A stretch of 64,000 nt of DNA. It comes from Guillardia theta CCMP2712. Its lineage: Eukaryota; Protista; Cryptophyta. The translations under genes were made by a program, and so were the position numbers. The DNA is taken from assembly GCF_000315625.1 (NCBI RefSeq), contig NW_005434521.1, positions 73,862-137,861 on the forward strand. Reading direction: 5' to 3'. Every line of letters starts with the position of its first letter. Position 1 is the stretch's first letter. The notes beneath the pieces were generated by a model. The model searched no databases, was not told the origin of the DNA, and saw only the letters and a program-made list of their open reading frames with translations. This document shows positions 27,578 to 40,803 of the stretch, piece after piece.

Positions 27578-29110
27578 TCTCATCCTCGACATCATCATTA
27601 TCATCATCCAACCCCCCCCTCCCCCTTCAGCTCCCCCCTTCCCACGTTTCTCTCCTCCTCCTCCTCCTCCATTCTATCATCATCACCTCGTTCAGTTGCT
27701 CGGAAGACAAGACTTTCTTGGTCAGCGTCTGCAGCATGTAATGCACGCTGACCGCGGGGATCGTTCCCAGCACGCGGCATGCTTCCTCCCTCACGCTCAT
27801 CTCACTGTCGAAGACAGCTCCGCATACCTGATCGTGAAAGAGAGCATGTCAGGAGGGCTGCAGGGGAGGAGAGGACGGGGTGGTGGAAAGGGGACAGCAG
27901 CAGGCCGTACCTGCATGAAGCAGGAGTCCGTGAGCTTGACTTCCGTCTTCTTCGACTTGGGGAAGTGAAAAGAGCGATTGTCGATCGCGATGTTTCCCAG
28001 CCACACTAAGGCTTGTTCTCGCACCTCCGCTATGTCGTCCGATAGGCTGCTCACCGCGTCCTCAAGCATGGTCGCGTCCATGGGCCGCCATGCTTGAAGG
28101 CTCATGATCGCAGCCGCCCGCACCACGTGGTCAGCATCCTTGCGGAACGAGCGGCAGATCTGAAGTCCCTCCTGGCTCCCGACTGAGACCTTAGACTGCG
28201 CCAGCAGCTCCAGCGCCACCTTCCTACACTGCGAGTTTCCTTCCCTCAGGGTTAGCCCGATCGCCGACCCCAGCCCCGGCCGCTGCATCTCCGGCCTCGC
28301 AGCTCCTATCCTCAGCAGCGCGATCATGCAGCGCTGCATGAGCCTCGGGGCGATCTTGGGCGTCGTTACAGCCTCGATCATCTCATGCACGATCGCGTCG
28401 GCGATCAACTCGCTCTGACCGCGTGCAAGCCGAGGGTGGGGCTGCAGCTTGAGCCGCGCTTCGGCGTCGATGATCTTGGGGGAGCAGGCGAGCGTCTCAA
28501 GGGCAGCAACGCAGAGGCAGAGAGCATGGACGTCGCCACTCGCCGTGTCCCTGAGCTGCAGCCACAGAGTCTCCGCCGTCTCCCTTGCCGTCCGGAGGTT
28601 CCTCAAGATCCCAGAGCGCCTTTCCAGCTCCAGCAGCGCCGCGAGTCTTCGCGGTCGACCGACAGGGCTGGAATCCGCCACAGCAGCGAGGATGACATCG
28701 AGCCCTTGCTCAACCTGAGGGACAAGACAAGACCGATCATCACGAGCCACAAGCGTCAGCGTCAGCAGGTTGGGAAGCGACTTACCCAGGATTCCTCTGC
28801 TGGGATGGGAACCAAATCTATCGCTGCCAGGTCATCGCTGATCTTGCGCTTTTTCTCCACTGCAGAATACGAGGAGTCAACGGCAGATACCGTGAGGGTG
28901 AGGCCAAGGAGGAAAGAGCACTGCAGGAAGTGGACCAGGGCAATGTTTGTGTGAGTGGTCCAGGAAAAGTATCCAGGATCTCCGAGTAGAACGAGTAGGA
29001 TCGAGGAGGGAGAGTGAGAGGATCGAGGAGGAGGAGCTGATGAAGCTCCTGCATGCTTGTTGCATCTCACCTGTCGCCTCCGCCGCTTCCTCCGCCTCCC
29101 TCCGCGCCAT
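22895..29110 (-). CDS. INTS4: Integrator complex subunit 4 (HEAT repeat; SIEL-like), multi-exon
   Basis: AAGAFVVALEDEFWQVRCAA, MDVLVDMLADEIEKVR, LLDNIRRYPSD, DVDDETYVGILVMV, LRHWRLLRHKHPHLIP parallel conserved INTS4 motifs in the expected order. Terminal exons are approximate. Confidence 0.9.
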
Positions 29111-30251
29111 GGGGAATGAGGGAGATGAGTTGGGGATCGGGTTGACAACTCGGTCAGGGAGGGGACGAGGCTGCGATCAACATGAGGGCGATGAGTGACT
29201 ACCCCCCACCTATCCATAGAATTTCTGCAAAAGTTCTCCCCTAGTTCGTTGCGGTGGTGAGGGTAGTGACTTCGGGGTATTTCCCCCAATAAACAGAAGG
29301 AGAAAGGGGGGTGGGGGTACTTTCTGTGGAGGTGGTCGGGTGATGTGTGAGTTCGTTTAGTACAAGTGCAGTAGGGCGGTAGAGACCCTGGTGGGGTACT
29401 CACTATCCCACTCAGAGGTGGGGTACGAAAACCCCGAACAGTAGGGGTCCCTGAACAAATTCGATAGCTTGGGGGTAGGGGTAGAGAATCATGGAACTGA
29501 GGAGATAGGGTATTTGTGAAGGAGTAAGGGTGGGTGCTAAAATGGGGAGATGTGGGTTGTATAGTAGGGTAGGGTACTACAAGAGGTGAGTTTTTAGCTC
29601 AAGGGTGGGGTTATTTTTCATGAATCAGTAGGGGTGGGTGGGTCATGGGTCGGAGTAGGGGGGGTGCGGGCGGCCTCTCTCGATTGGCATGCAAGAAGAN
29701 NNNNNNNNNNNNNNNNNNNNNNNNNNNNNNNNNNNNNNNNNNNNNNNNNNNNNNNNNNNNNNNNNNNNNNNNNNNNNNNNNNNNNNNNNNNNNNNNNNNG
29801 AGAGAGAGAGAGAGGAGCGACAGTGAGGAAGGGAGGAGGGAGAAGATGAAGAGTGGAGGGAGATGGAGGGAGGAAGATGGAGGGAAAGAGAGAGACAGTG
29901 AGAGGAATGGAGAGTGATAGATAGAGTGGTAGAGAGCAAGATAGAGGCCAGATGGGGGAAACGACTGAGTGAGAAGGGAAAAGGTTCAGGTGAGCGGAGA
30001 GGGATAGGAGAGAAGCATGGAGCCTAGGAGAAGATATTGCAGAAATAGGAAAGGGACTTGTTGAAAGGATACCAGGTTGGACCATGTTGACTCCATGAAG
30101 TGTGACTCATTCTGAATTGTCAATGGCTCGCACTGTGGGAGGTCGTTCGATGTTTGACTTTGGTCCCAGCAACCATGACGAGAGAGTGAACGGAGTGGTC
30201 AAGAGCGCTTGAATTCTTGTATACAAGAGCTGGAAGGAGAATTTTTTTGGG

Positions 30252-33200
30252 ATGAGGATAAGCGTTTTTCTTAAGGTTGCTTTGCTTGCACTGGTCTCTC
30301 CTTCCGTGGATGCGTTCGTAAGCACCTTCATCGCTCGCCGGGCGCTGTTGCCGTCCGCATGCCGAGCAAGATGCCACGCGCGGCGACTGAGTGTGTCGTC
30401 CTCCTTCGATCAGGGCGATAGCAAGAGCGGGGATGACTTGAAAGACGTCTTCTCTCACCCCAGCGCTGATCGACCGCACAAGGCACGGGAGGTGCTATCG
30501 AGGGACGCGGATGTCGGAGCGGACCTGTCTGACATGACCTCAGCGATCGAGCGTGCTCTGAAGCATGCAGACTTGGTGCTGCAGGAGACCTCTCATGCCG
30601 AGTGGATGCTGAGGGAGGCAGAGCAATCGAAGCAGAAGCAGTTCTTCCTGCAGGAGAAAGAAGCAGCCATGAAGCGGCTGCAAGGGGAAGGCAGCGACTA
30701 CCCATCGTTCAACCCGTACATCCAGATGATGCAAGAGTGTGCCGCGAGCGCTTCCAAGGGCCTCGCAGGACGAGTGGAAGCCTTCCAGACGCTCAAGGAC
30801 ATGGAAGGCCTGGGGATCATTCCCAACCTCTCAACCTACAACGCGCTGATGAACGTGCTGGCAAAGGCTGCTGCGAGGGGGAAAGCGACCGTGAAGGATG
30901 GGCAGGAGGTGCTGAAGATGATCAAGACGCGAGGGTTCACCCCCAGTACCATCACCTACACCACGTTCCTGTCTCTGATGGCCAAGTCGGCAAGCTACGG
31001 CCACACGGTGCCTCTCGAAGATGGTTTGAACATCCTTGAGAAGATGAAGGAGCAGGAGCTCGGGATCGACGCGTTCGTGTTTGCCGCGTTGCTGTCACTG
31101 TGCACATATGCGCCCATCAAGGAGGGAGAGAGCAGGATTGAGAAGGGCAAGCAGATACTGGCGTTGATGAGGGAGATGGGGGTTAAGGAGGACATTGTGG
31201 TTTACAACGGTTTCCTCGCCATCTGCGCCAAGTGCAACGACGCGAAACTTGAGGACGGGATGGAGGTGCTTGAGAGCATGAGGGAGAACAAGATCAACCC
31301 AGACACCTACACGTTCGCCACTCTGTTCGACCTCTGCGCCAACATTATGCCAAGGAGGCGGGTGACCATGTCCGATGTACAGAAGATTGTGCAGCAGATG
31401 CAGTCCAACAGGGTGCCTCCTAGCACCACGTTGTACAACTCAATCCTCAAGGTGAGGAGCCGGAGGGGCCGACGGACTTGACTGACTGTGATGGGTCAGG
31501 TGTACGTCAAGGCAGCGAGAAGGAAGTGGATTAGCTCTCGTGAGACAGAGGATGTGATCAAGACGATGGAAAAGTTGGGTCTGAAGTTGGACAGGTAGTG
31601 TTGGTGATTGCGATTGCGATTGTGGTGCTGGTGGAGATTGAGATGATGGAGATGATGATGATCACGCCATGAAGATGTTATCCCACTCCACGACTCTATG
31701 TGATGATGATGATTGGATGTACCAAGTTGGAATAATTCGTCTGAAATGACTCTGCCGTCAAGGATCACTTATGGGACTTGGCTTGACATTCTTCGATATG
31801 CCGCTTTGAATGGGCTTGCAAAGCGAGGCGATGCCAAGAAAGTCATCGACAAGGTACGGGGGGAGGGGAGAAGAGGAGATGGTGGGGGAAGAGGAGGAGA
31901 GTGGGGCGAAGGGGAAAGGGAGGAGAAGGGGGAGACTGTGGAGGCAGAAGTTGATGGCTGCTGGAAGATGAGAGAAAGCGGGATGGCTCCGTCGAGCGAG
32001 ATGTACCATCTTTGGTTGGACGTGATCCTCAAAGAGGCTACGAATGGAGCAGCGACTGTGCGAGACGGCATTGAAGTCGTCAAGTTCATGCAGAAAGTTG
32101 GGCAGGTGACTGATGAGTCGTTGATAGGCTGCTGCTTCTGCTGCTGTGCCGCTCACTCCTGCTCCTGCTGCTGCTCCTGCTGCTGCTCTTGTTCCTGCTG
32201 CTGCTCCTGGTCGCTCACCAGAGCTCGCAGATCCCTTCCTCTCGCGCATTCAATCGCCTCTTGAGCATCGGGGTGAAGGCAGCGAAGAACGGCAAGGATA
32301 GGATCGGTACTACCTGGCACTGCCCCCGTGCTCTCCTTACCCTCTCACCTCAAGATGCCGGGCTGGAGGTGCTGGAGCTGATGAAGACCGAAGAGATCCC
32401 CCTCTCGTCAGTCTCTCTTTCAACCTTCATCCAGATGGCAAAGGCTGAAGGCAGCCAGCGGGCCGTGAGCGAGGCCTGGAAGGTGACACTCCACCCCTCT
32501 TCTATCCTCTCTCCTGCTCCGTTTTTCCTCTATCCTCTTCGTTCGTTGGCCACCCTTGCAACACCCACCTTGTCCCCCCTCCCTTCCTCCCTCTCCAAGT
32601 CCCCCCTCTCTCTGCCTCACTCCGCGTCCCCTCCTCCCTCGCATCCCTCACGCTCACTCGCTTCCCAGCTTTTCATCGCCTCTCCACCGAGCATCAGGAA
32701 CGAGCAAGTGTACACCGCTATGATGTCCACGTTAGTCAGGGCCAAACAGGTGCTTCCTCCTCTGCTGCCTTTCTCTACCAGTGATTTCCCCCTCCCTCCC
32801 TTCAGAGGCACACGGCAAGCTCGCTGCTGGACATGGCGAAGAAGGATGGGCTGAAACCCAACGTCTACATGATCAACTCAGCCATGGGGGCCTGCACCAC
32901 TCCTGAAGACATCCTCAAGGTCCTTCTCCTCTCCTCCTCTCCCTCCCTCTCCCTTCCATTCTCTGCTCTCGCTTCCTCTCCCTGTGATTCTCTGTCCTCC
33001 CTTCCTCTCCCTTCCATTCTCTGCTCCCCTCTCCCCTTTGTCCGCATTCTCCTCTCTCCTCTCTCCTCGTGTCCAACCTGACGCTCTCTAACACCTGGCG
33101 CAGCTTTGGGAGGAGATGCAGGCGAGTGGCCTCGAGAAGGATGCCGTCACCAACAAGTACCTCAAGCTCGCGAGCAAGGGAAGAGCTCCCTTCTCTCAGC

Positions 33201-33403
33201 CGCTCGGTGATCCTCTCCTCCTCGTTTTCGTCCCTCTTGTGCCTCTCCTCGTCCCGTCATCGTCCTCTCCTCCTCCTCCTCGTCCTCTCCCCCCATGTTG
33301 TTCCCTCCTACACGCCCTTGTCAAGACCGGGGCTGACGAGGCTGGTTCAGCAGGGAGAAAGTTTGGGGGAAGACCGAAGGTTCAGAATCAGTCAGAGGAA
33401 TGA
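30252..33403 (+). CDS. Plastid-targeted pentatricopeptide-repeat protein with elongated repeats (multi-exon)
   Basis: Signal peptide ending SVDA-F followed by an R/S-rich transit-like stretch. Tandem repeats of the form TYNALM..M...G..P. Confidence 0.88.
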
Positions 33404-33685
33404 CGCCACACTCGTTCAGCCCCATCGACTTTTCTCGTTCTCCTGACATGACTCGACCTCTTCTATTCTTCATTCTTTTTCCTCACTAGTTTTGTTGAGA
33501 TTACCACCAGCTCGAATGGTGACGAAAAAATAAATGTTCCCGGGACCCATGCTTCTTCTTAGCACCACATCGTCCTCGTCCTCCTNNNNNNNNNNNNNNN
33601 NNNNNNNNNNNNNNNNNNNNNNNNNNNNNNNNNNNNNNNNNNNNNNNNNNNNNNNNNNNNNNNNNNNNNNNNNNNNNNNNNNNNN

Positions 33686-33746
<61 letters not shown>

Positions 33747-34005
33747 TGTCCTCCTCGTCGTCCTCGTCCTTGTCCTCCTTGTCCTACTCGTCGTCGTCGT
33801 CGTCGTCGTCCTCCTGGTTGTCCATACCTCTCGGTTGTGCTCAATTTGTAGCTTCCCATACCCACACCCCCACAAACTGTACCCCCACCCCTTATCATAG
33901 TCTTATTATACCCCCTCTCTCGAAGCAAGCTATAGACCCCTACCCCCTTGTTGACAATTGTTTTTCTACTCTGCAACCCCCCATCGCGTATTCCTCGCAC
34001 CGGCC

Positions 34006-35694
34006 ATGGCGGCCCTGGCGAAGGATGTCGAGCGTTTGCTGAAGAGAAGGAAGATTGAGCGAGAGGATCGGCAGGACATGTTAGACTCCGTCCTCTCCTC
34101 TCTTCAGAAGGCCCTCACATCCCTACAAGGCAGTGAAGGTAAGGAAAACCTTGACACCTCCCTTCCCTTCTCCCTCCTCTCCTCCCCTGCTAACGCTCGA
34201 AGCAACTTGCCAGCGACCAGCTGGGTGGTTGTCTTGAGCTAAGCGCTTGTAGTCTGTCCTCAAACGTTTCCTCTGTGTCTCCCTATCCCTCGACTTGCTC
34301 TCCTCTCCTGTGTAAATCCCTTGCATGTTGAGAGGGAGTTTGTGCTGTAGCTGAAACAACATGGCGCGCGGCGCATGCTGCATCGCCTCGAAACCCTGCA
34401 CCCATGCCCCTGACTGTGACGCCAGATTCGATGCAGTGCGAGACGAAGGAGGGAGGAGAGAAGCGCGCAGAGGCGGAAGAAGTTGCACAAGTCCTGGAGA
34501 CCCTTGAAGGAGAGCTGAGCCTGGAACTCTGGACGGAGAAGCTGGAGGCGGACTACAAGGGGCTGAACATCCAGCTCAACAAGGTGGGCAAGAGCGTCGA
34601 CAAGACCATGCCGCCCGACCTCGAGCGAGCATGCAGGCCGATACAGCATAGCGAGTCACAAGTGAACCAGGTCATCTTTGACCACCTGGTGCGGTCGGGG
34701 AGACTCGAGATAGCTCGGTGCTTCGCCAAGGAGGCAGGGATCCCCTTCAAGGAGGAGGACGTTCAGCCCTACGTCGAGATCTACTGCATCTCCCGGGACA
34801 TCGGCCAGCAGGAGCTCGACAGCGCCTGCAAATTCGCCAGCGTGCATGCTGGCAGGCTGGAGGAAGTGGACAGCGCACTACCCTTTCACCTGGCCAAGAT
34901 GAAGTTCCTGCAGCTGCTGCAGAGAGGCTGCGAGGAGGAGGCGGTAGCGCACGCTCGCAAGAAGTTCCCCTCCTTCTACGAGAGGCACCGCAAGGAAATC
35001 CTCCCGCTCTTCGGCTGCCTGGCCTTCCAACGAAGGGCAGGTGCCTCCCCCTACAAGAGCCTCTTCGATCCCCAGCTGTGGGTCCAGCTATCGCAGCTCT
35101 TCAAGAAGGAGGGCAGCAGGGCCCTGGGCCTGTCGTGCGACACTCCCCTCATCGTCTGCGTGCATGCCGGCATCGCCGCGCTCCCCAAGCTCTACAAGTT
35201 CGCCACCGTCATGACAGAGAAGCTCGGGGAGCTCAGTAGCGGGACGACCCTGCCGATCGAGGTCAAGCTTCACCGCGACTTCCAGTACCATAGCGTCTTC
35301 ATGTGCCCAGTCTCCCGCGAACAGGCGAGAAATCTTCTTCATCTCCTTCCTCCTCTCCTCGCCCCCCCGCCCTCTTACTGCCTCCTCATCTTCCTTCCCT
35401 CGATCCTGCGACAGCATTCTTGACTCAACACTCCTCTGACCTCTTCTCCTTCTTTCCTCCCGGGCTGCTCTTGGATCTCCTCCTGCTCCTGCTCCCGCCC
35501 CCCCTCCCCCCCCCTCTTCCTCCACGTCTGACTCTCCCTAGGCGTCTCATGACAACCCTCCGACCCTCCTGCAGTGCGGGCACGTGCTGTGCGAGCTCTC
35601 GCTCAAGAAGCTCACGAGAAGCGCTGGCCGGCTCAAGTGCCCCTACTGTCCTCGGGAAGTGAGCCTCAGCGGGAGCGTGAGACTGACGTTCTAA
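34006..35694 (+). CDS. RMND5: RMND5/GID2 subunit of the CTLH E3 ligase (LisH-CTLH-CRA-RING)
   Basis: VNQVIFDHLVRSGRLEIARCFAKEAG (LisH), LPFHLAKMKFLQLL, FQYHSVFMCPVSREQ, NPPTLLQCGHV, LKCPYCP. Confidence 0.92.
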
Positions 35695-36589
35695 GGGAGG
35701 AAGCGACAAGGAGGAGATAGTGGACAGATCGATCTTGGCAAGAGTGCAAGGGAAGGGAGAGGAACGGTAAGAAGGAGGAGGGAGGAGGAGGAGGAGGAGG
35801 AGGAGGAGGAGGAGGAAGGAGGAGGAGGAGGAGGAGNNNNNNNNNNNNNNNNNNNNNNNNNNNNNNNNNNNNNNNNNNNNNNNNNNNNNNNNNNNNNNNN
35901 NNNNNNNNNNNNNNNNNNNNNNNNNNNNNNNNNNNNNNNNNNNNNNNNNNNNNNNNNNNNNNNNNNNNNNNNNNNNNNNNNNNNNNNNNNNNNNNNNNNN
36001 NNNNNNNNNNNNNNNNNNNNNNNNNNNNNNNNNNNNNNNNNNNNNNNNNNNNNNNNNNNNNNNNNNNNNNNNNNNNNNNNNNNNNNNNNNNNNNNNNNNN
36101 NNNNNNNNNNNNNNNNNNNNNNNNNNNNNNNNNNNNNNNNNNNNNNNNNNNNNNNNNNNNNNNNNNNNNNNNNNNNNNNNNNNNNNNNNNNNNNNNNNNN
36201 NNNNNNNNNNNNNNNNNNNNNNNNNNNNNNNNNNNNNNNNNNNNNNNNNNNNNNNNNNNNNNNNNNNNNNNNNNNNNNNNNNNNNNNNNNNNNNNNNNNN
36301 NNNNNNNNNNNNNNNNNNNNNNNNNNNNNNNNNNNNNNNNNNNNNNNNNNNNNNNNNNNNNNNNNNNNNNNNNNNNNNNNNNNNNNNNNNNNNNNNNNNN
36401 NNNNNNNNNNNNNNNNNNNNNGGAGTTGATCGTTGATGAAAGCCGAAGATAAGACGGAGGGGAAGTCCAAGGAAGAAGTCTGCATTGAGAGGAAGAAATC
36501 GAAAGAGGTGAAGGAGGCGAGAGTAGGGGAAAGAAGAGAGAGGAGGAGAGCCGCCGGAGTGAGGAGGAGGAGGGAGGAGTGGGAGAAAA

Positions 36590-39173
36590 TCGTCAACACC
36601 GCTAAAGAGGAAGAGGAGATTTCATCATCACCAAGGTAGCTGATGATGATCGTGATGATCTGAACCACTCAATGTCAGTCTCAGGCACCACAATCTCAAT
36701 CCATCCTCCCCTCCTACCAAGTCTCCTCCTTCTTTCGTCTCCCCTACGCTCTCCTCCCCCTCTCCCTCCTCTTGCTCACCTTCGTGGATCCGATCAGTAC
36801 GAGGTTGGAGGCAACGGCAAAGACGACTCCAGCAACGAAAGTCTCAAGAGTTTCCTGATGGCAACGGGGAGGAGGGAGAGGGGAAGGAGAGCGGGTGAGA
36901 AAGAAAGACGGACAAGACGATATGAGAATTACCTTCACGGGGAAAACCCACGACAATCCTCGCGCTTTGATGAAGGGGATGATGGACTGAATGGTGTAAG
37001 CGGGAGAGGTGGAGTGAGTGGAGGGGGAGGGAGGGAGGGAGGGAGGGAGGGAGGGAGGGAGGGAGGGATGGAGGGAGGCAGGAAGGGAAGGGGATGCCAG
37101 GAACAAGATTACCTCGTAGACAAAACTCTCAAGAACACAGAATTCCAACCTCACTCTGACAAGCTCAGGATGAGAAAGAGAGGAACCGAAAACGAGGATA
37201 GAGGAAGGAGACGAAGTTATGTCGAGTCGCAGGGGAGTGAAGGAGCGACGGAGTGAGGGAGTGAGGGAGTGAGGGAGTGAGGAGAGGGATGGGAGGCATG
37301 AGAACGGCGAGGGTGGGAGAGGAGAGCAAAGGATTCTACCTGAGCAAGCTTCCAGCAATCAGAGGAGCATATTCCTTCAAAATGTCAATAAATCACCTCC
37401 TCCTCCTCCTCCTCCCCCACCAAAACAATCCCTCCCCTCCTCCTCCTCCTGCTGCTCTCAGGGCGTCACCTGGTATGTGTCCTTCCCTGCCACCTTGTAC
37501 ACAACCTGCTGGGCAATGCGATAGAAGCGATCGGCGATCTGGTAGCTCACTGTCAGCAGGGCGACAGCTGGGGTTTCTTGTCTTTGCCTGGCAGACAGGA
37601 ACAAACGTGGAAGGGTCCAGCTGCAGGTCACCTAGCTCCTTAAGGTTCAATCCTCCCTGCAGCAAACTTGTTAGAGCTTTGTCCTCCCTCCTTCCACCTC
37701 CTCGCTCGCTCGCTTCCCTCGATCTCCTCCCTCCCTCTCTCCTGCCTGCCTCCCTAAATCTCCTTCCTTTCTCCTATCCCCTCCTGCCTCCTCCATGTAT
37801 CTCCTCCTTCCTCCTCTTCCTCGTCCCCGGTCTCTACACTCCTCTACTTCTCCCTCACCTGAATGTTCGGCATGGCCGGATTCCCCACTGCAGCGTTTGC
37901 CGCTCCCGCGAAACTACCTGGAATCCGAAGTCGGAGAGGAGGAGAAGGAGGAGGAGGAGGAGGAGGAGGAGGAGGAGGAGGAGGAGAGTTACCCCGACGG
38001 GGCTGCTGCTGCCATTTCGACGGCTCCAGTAGCCGCGCTGTTGACAGAGGACAGCATGCTTTCAAGCAGCTCAGGGGAAGGAAGGAACAGGCCAGCAAAA
38101 ATCACTCCGAGCCAAATCTGTGGAGGAATGAGGTGGGGACGGGCCGGAGTAGAGGAAGAGGTAGAGGTAGAGGTAGAGAGGTAGAGGTGGAGGTAGAGGT
38201 AGAGGTAGAGGTGGAGGTAGAGGTAGAGGTAGAGGTAGAGGTAGAGGGAGAGGGAGAGGTGGAGGTGGAGGTGGAGGTAGAGGTAGAGGTAGAGGTAGAG
38301 GTAGAGGTAGAGGGAGAGGGAGAGGGAGAGGGAGAGGTAGAGGTAGAGGTAGAGGTAGAGGTAGAGGAAGAGTTTAGAAGTGGTGGAGGTAGAGATAGAG
38401 GGAGAGTTAGCAGTGGTGATGAGCAAACGGGTCAGGGAAGGAGGGCCAATCTCACCGGCAGCAGCGCTATGGAAGGGAGAGTTTCCCTCTGTTTGTCCAC
38501 CTCCTCCCTTGCCTCCTGGCCGAGTTGCTCATGCGAGAAGGGGTTGCCGAGCAGACTGAAGGGCTTCCCCTCGTCCTCCCTCCTCCTCTGCGCCCGCAGG
38601 GACAGAAGCTGCGGACGACACCGCGGCCTCACTTGAAGATGCGCCGCAGGTCTTTCCATTGCGGTTCTCCGCGGAAGCTGAGCAGCGAAAGGCACATGGA
38701 ACGCCTTCACACCGCAGACGAAGGCTGAAAGAAGTGAGCGTATCAGGCAAAGTGATTCAAAGTGATTCAAAGGGGTTCAATGCCTCTGCTGACATGCAGT
38801 CAAGTCGCACTGATGAGCTTCTCTAGAAGTGATGGATCTACGATCAGCTCTCTAGAGACCATCTGCACACGCCACTACTTTCCCTCCTGTTTCATGTGAA
38901 CAGGTTCCTGTTCCTGTATGAATTCACGCCCTTCTTCCCCGACCCAACTCATCTCGTATCACCTTTCCTGCGACTGCACCTATCCATCTTCTGTTGCTGC
39001 TCATGATGGTCGTGCCGCTCCTCTTCCTCCTCCTGATCCCCCCTCCCGAAACTCCTCCTCCCCTACCCTCCCCTGCCTGCCTGCCTACCTGCCTGCCTGT
39101 TCTCCCTCCCTCCCTCCCTCCTGCTGCTCCCGCTCGGCTTACCTGCCATAAGCCATAGACGTCCTGCCATCAT
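36590..39173 (-). CDS. Putative plastid-targeted multi-pass membrane protein of unknown function; 3' end uncertain near the N-gap
   Basis: The spliced N-terminus MMAGRLWLMAAFVCGVKA-FHVP is a signal peptide plus F. Later exons: LDPSTFVPVCQ | IADRFYRIAQQVVYKVAG | EYAPLIAGSLLR | VRLEFCVLESFVYE | SIIPFIKARGLSWVFPVK | ETLETFVAGVVFAVASNLVLIGSTK | IITIIISYL. Confidence 0.75.
38146..38387. repeat. (GAGGTA/GAGGGA/GAGGTG)n intronic microsatellite
   Basis: Direct hexamer tandem array. Confidence 0.95.
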
Positions 39174-39721
39174 TCCAGTGATCCTTGTGACCCTACCCCC
39201 GCCAATCACCCACCCTCCACCAACACTTTGATTTTCATTTGACACAGACCCCTCCATCACCGCGAAATCATTTATCTTCGAAGGGGGTACTTTGATACAA
39301 GAACCGGTAGTCTTACTACCCCCACCCACAAATGACATAATTTGAATTAGGATTTCTTACACCCCAGCATTTTCGATTTTCTCGTGCCATATTTCAATGT
39401 AATCTCAAGTATTTCAAATTATTCAAGTATTCAGGCCCGCCCCATCATTCCCTGGAACCCATTTCGATTTGAGGGTCATGCATCGAAATGTTTCTCAAAA
39501 TCACGAAATTATCAGGAGATATTTTCAAGTGGGCAGGAAAACTCATGTACCCCATATGAAATCATTGTACCTTACCATGGTCAGGAGTACCCCCTCTATT
39601 CCCACAGTGTACCCCATTTCAGGACCTATTACACACCCATACCTCCCTACCCCCTTTATCTACTACCCCCTTTCCTCCCACCCCCACCCTAGTATCGAAT
39701 CTTACCCCGACAGCAGCCTCC

Positions 39722-40741
39722 ATGGCGAGGCATCGCACGCTCATGATACCGATCATGGCGGCTGTTGCTCTCAGCTTGAGCTCCTCCTCCTCCTTCTCTC
39801 CTCCCCCTCTTCATCTCTCCTCATCTCTTGCCTCACAGTCCCTCTCCCCCCCCCCTCTCAGCTCCTCCTTCTTCCTCTCATCATTATCGTCGACCTCTGT
39901 CCTCCCCGTTGCATCCTCCCGTCCTCCTGCTGGCCTCTCTCTCCCACTCTCTCCTTCAACTGGCTTCGTAAGTCCTGCCATATTTTCCCGATGCTCTGCA
40001 GCCTCCGTGTGCCAAACACAGGGGAAGTTCCATGACAGCCGAAGGAATCCATGGTCGACCTGGCAACGCCCGCCGCCTTCGATTCTGGCCCATCATGGGC
40101 ATCGCAGGGGCGGTGCCTTGTCCCTGTCCTCCAGCAGCTTCTTCCAAGAATTCAGCACCTTCACCTCCATCGAGTTCGCAGCGGGCAATGGCATGCTCGA
40201 CCTGCCGTCTGCCGTAACTGCGGTTGAGAACCTTCTCGAAGCCTCGGAGGCTCAGCCGAGGACGTTGGACTTCATGGCAGCGCTCGGCGCCTGCTACATC
40301 GCGGCAGACAGTCCGAGGGAGGACTCGAGCATGCAGGACATATGGAGGATCGTGAGTTGTGAGGCTGGGCAAGGAGCATGTCGTGCTGACGATGGTGATG
40401 GGTCAGGTGAAGAAGTTCGAGGAAAGGAAGGTGGTTCCGAACAAGATGACCGGAACGCACTTCATCGGGGTAGTTGTCAAGCTCGCTTCTGTTGGCAAGG
40501 CGGGGGTTGCAGACGGTTTTGAGGTGCTGGAGTGGTGTAAGGAGCAAGAAGTGGACACGGACTTCGTGATTATAGCTCAGGTCGTACGAGGAGGCGATGA
40601 TTGTGATTGTGATGGTGATGGTGATGGTGATGGTGATTGTGATTGTGATGGTGATTGTGATGGGGATGGTGATGGTGATGGTGATGGTGATTGTGATGGT
40701 GATGGTGATGATGATGGTGGTGGTGGTGGTGGTGGTGATGG

Positions 40742-40803
<62 letters not shown>

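Noticed and set aside
35691-36668. 325-aa ORF spanning 35837-36421
   Set aside because: Mostly N-gap, so the length is an artefact.
38751-38795. 10-bp tandem duplication (TTTGAATCAC x2 on the minus strand) that would frameshift an ATG at 38795
   Set aside because: A better model starts at 39173 and splices to the TTTCAG acceptor near 38725, giving a clean signal peptide. The duplication is then intronic.
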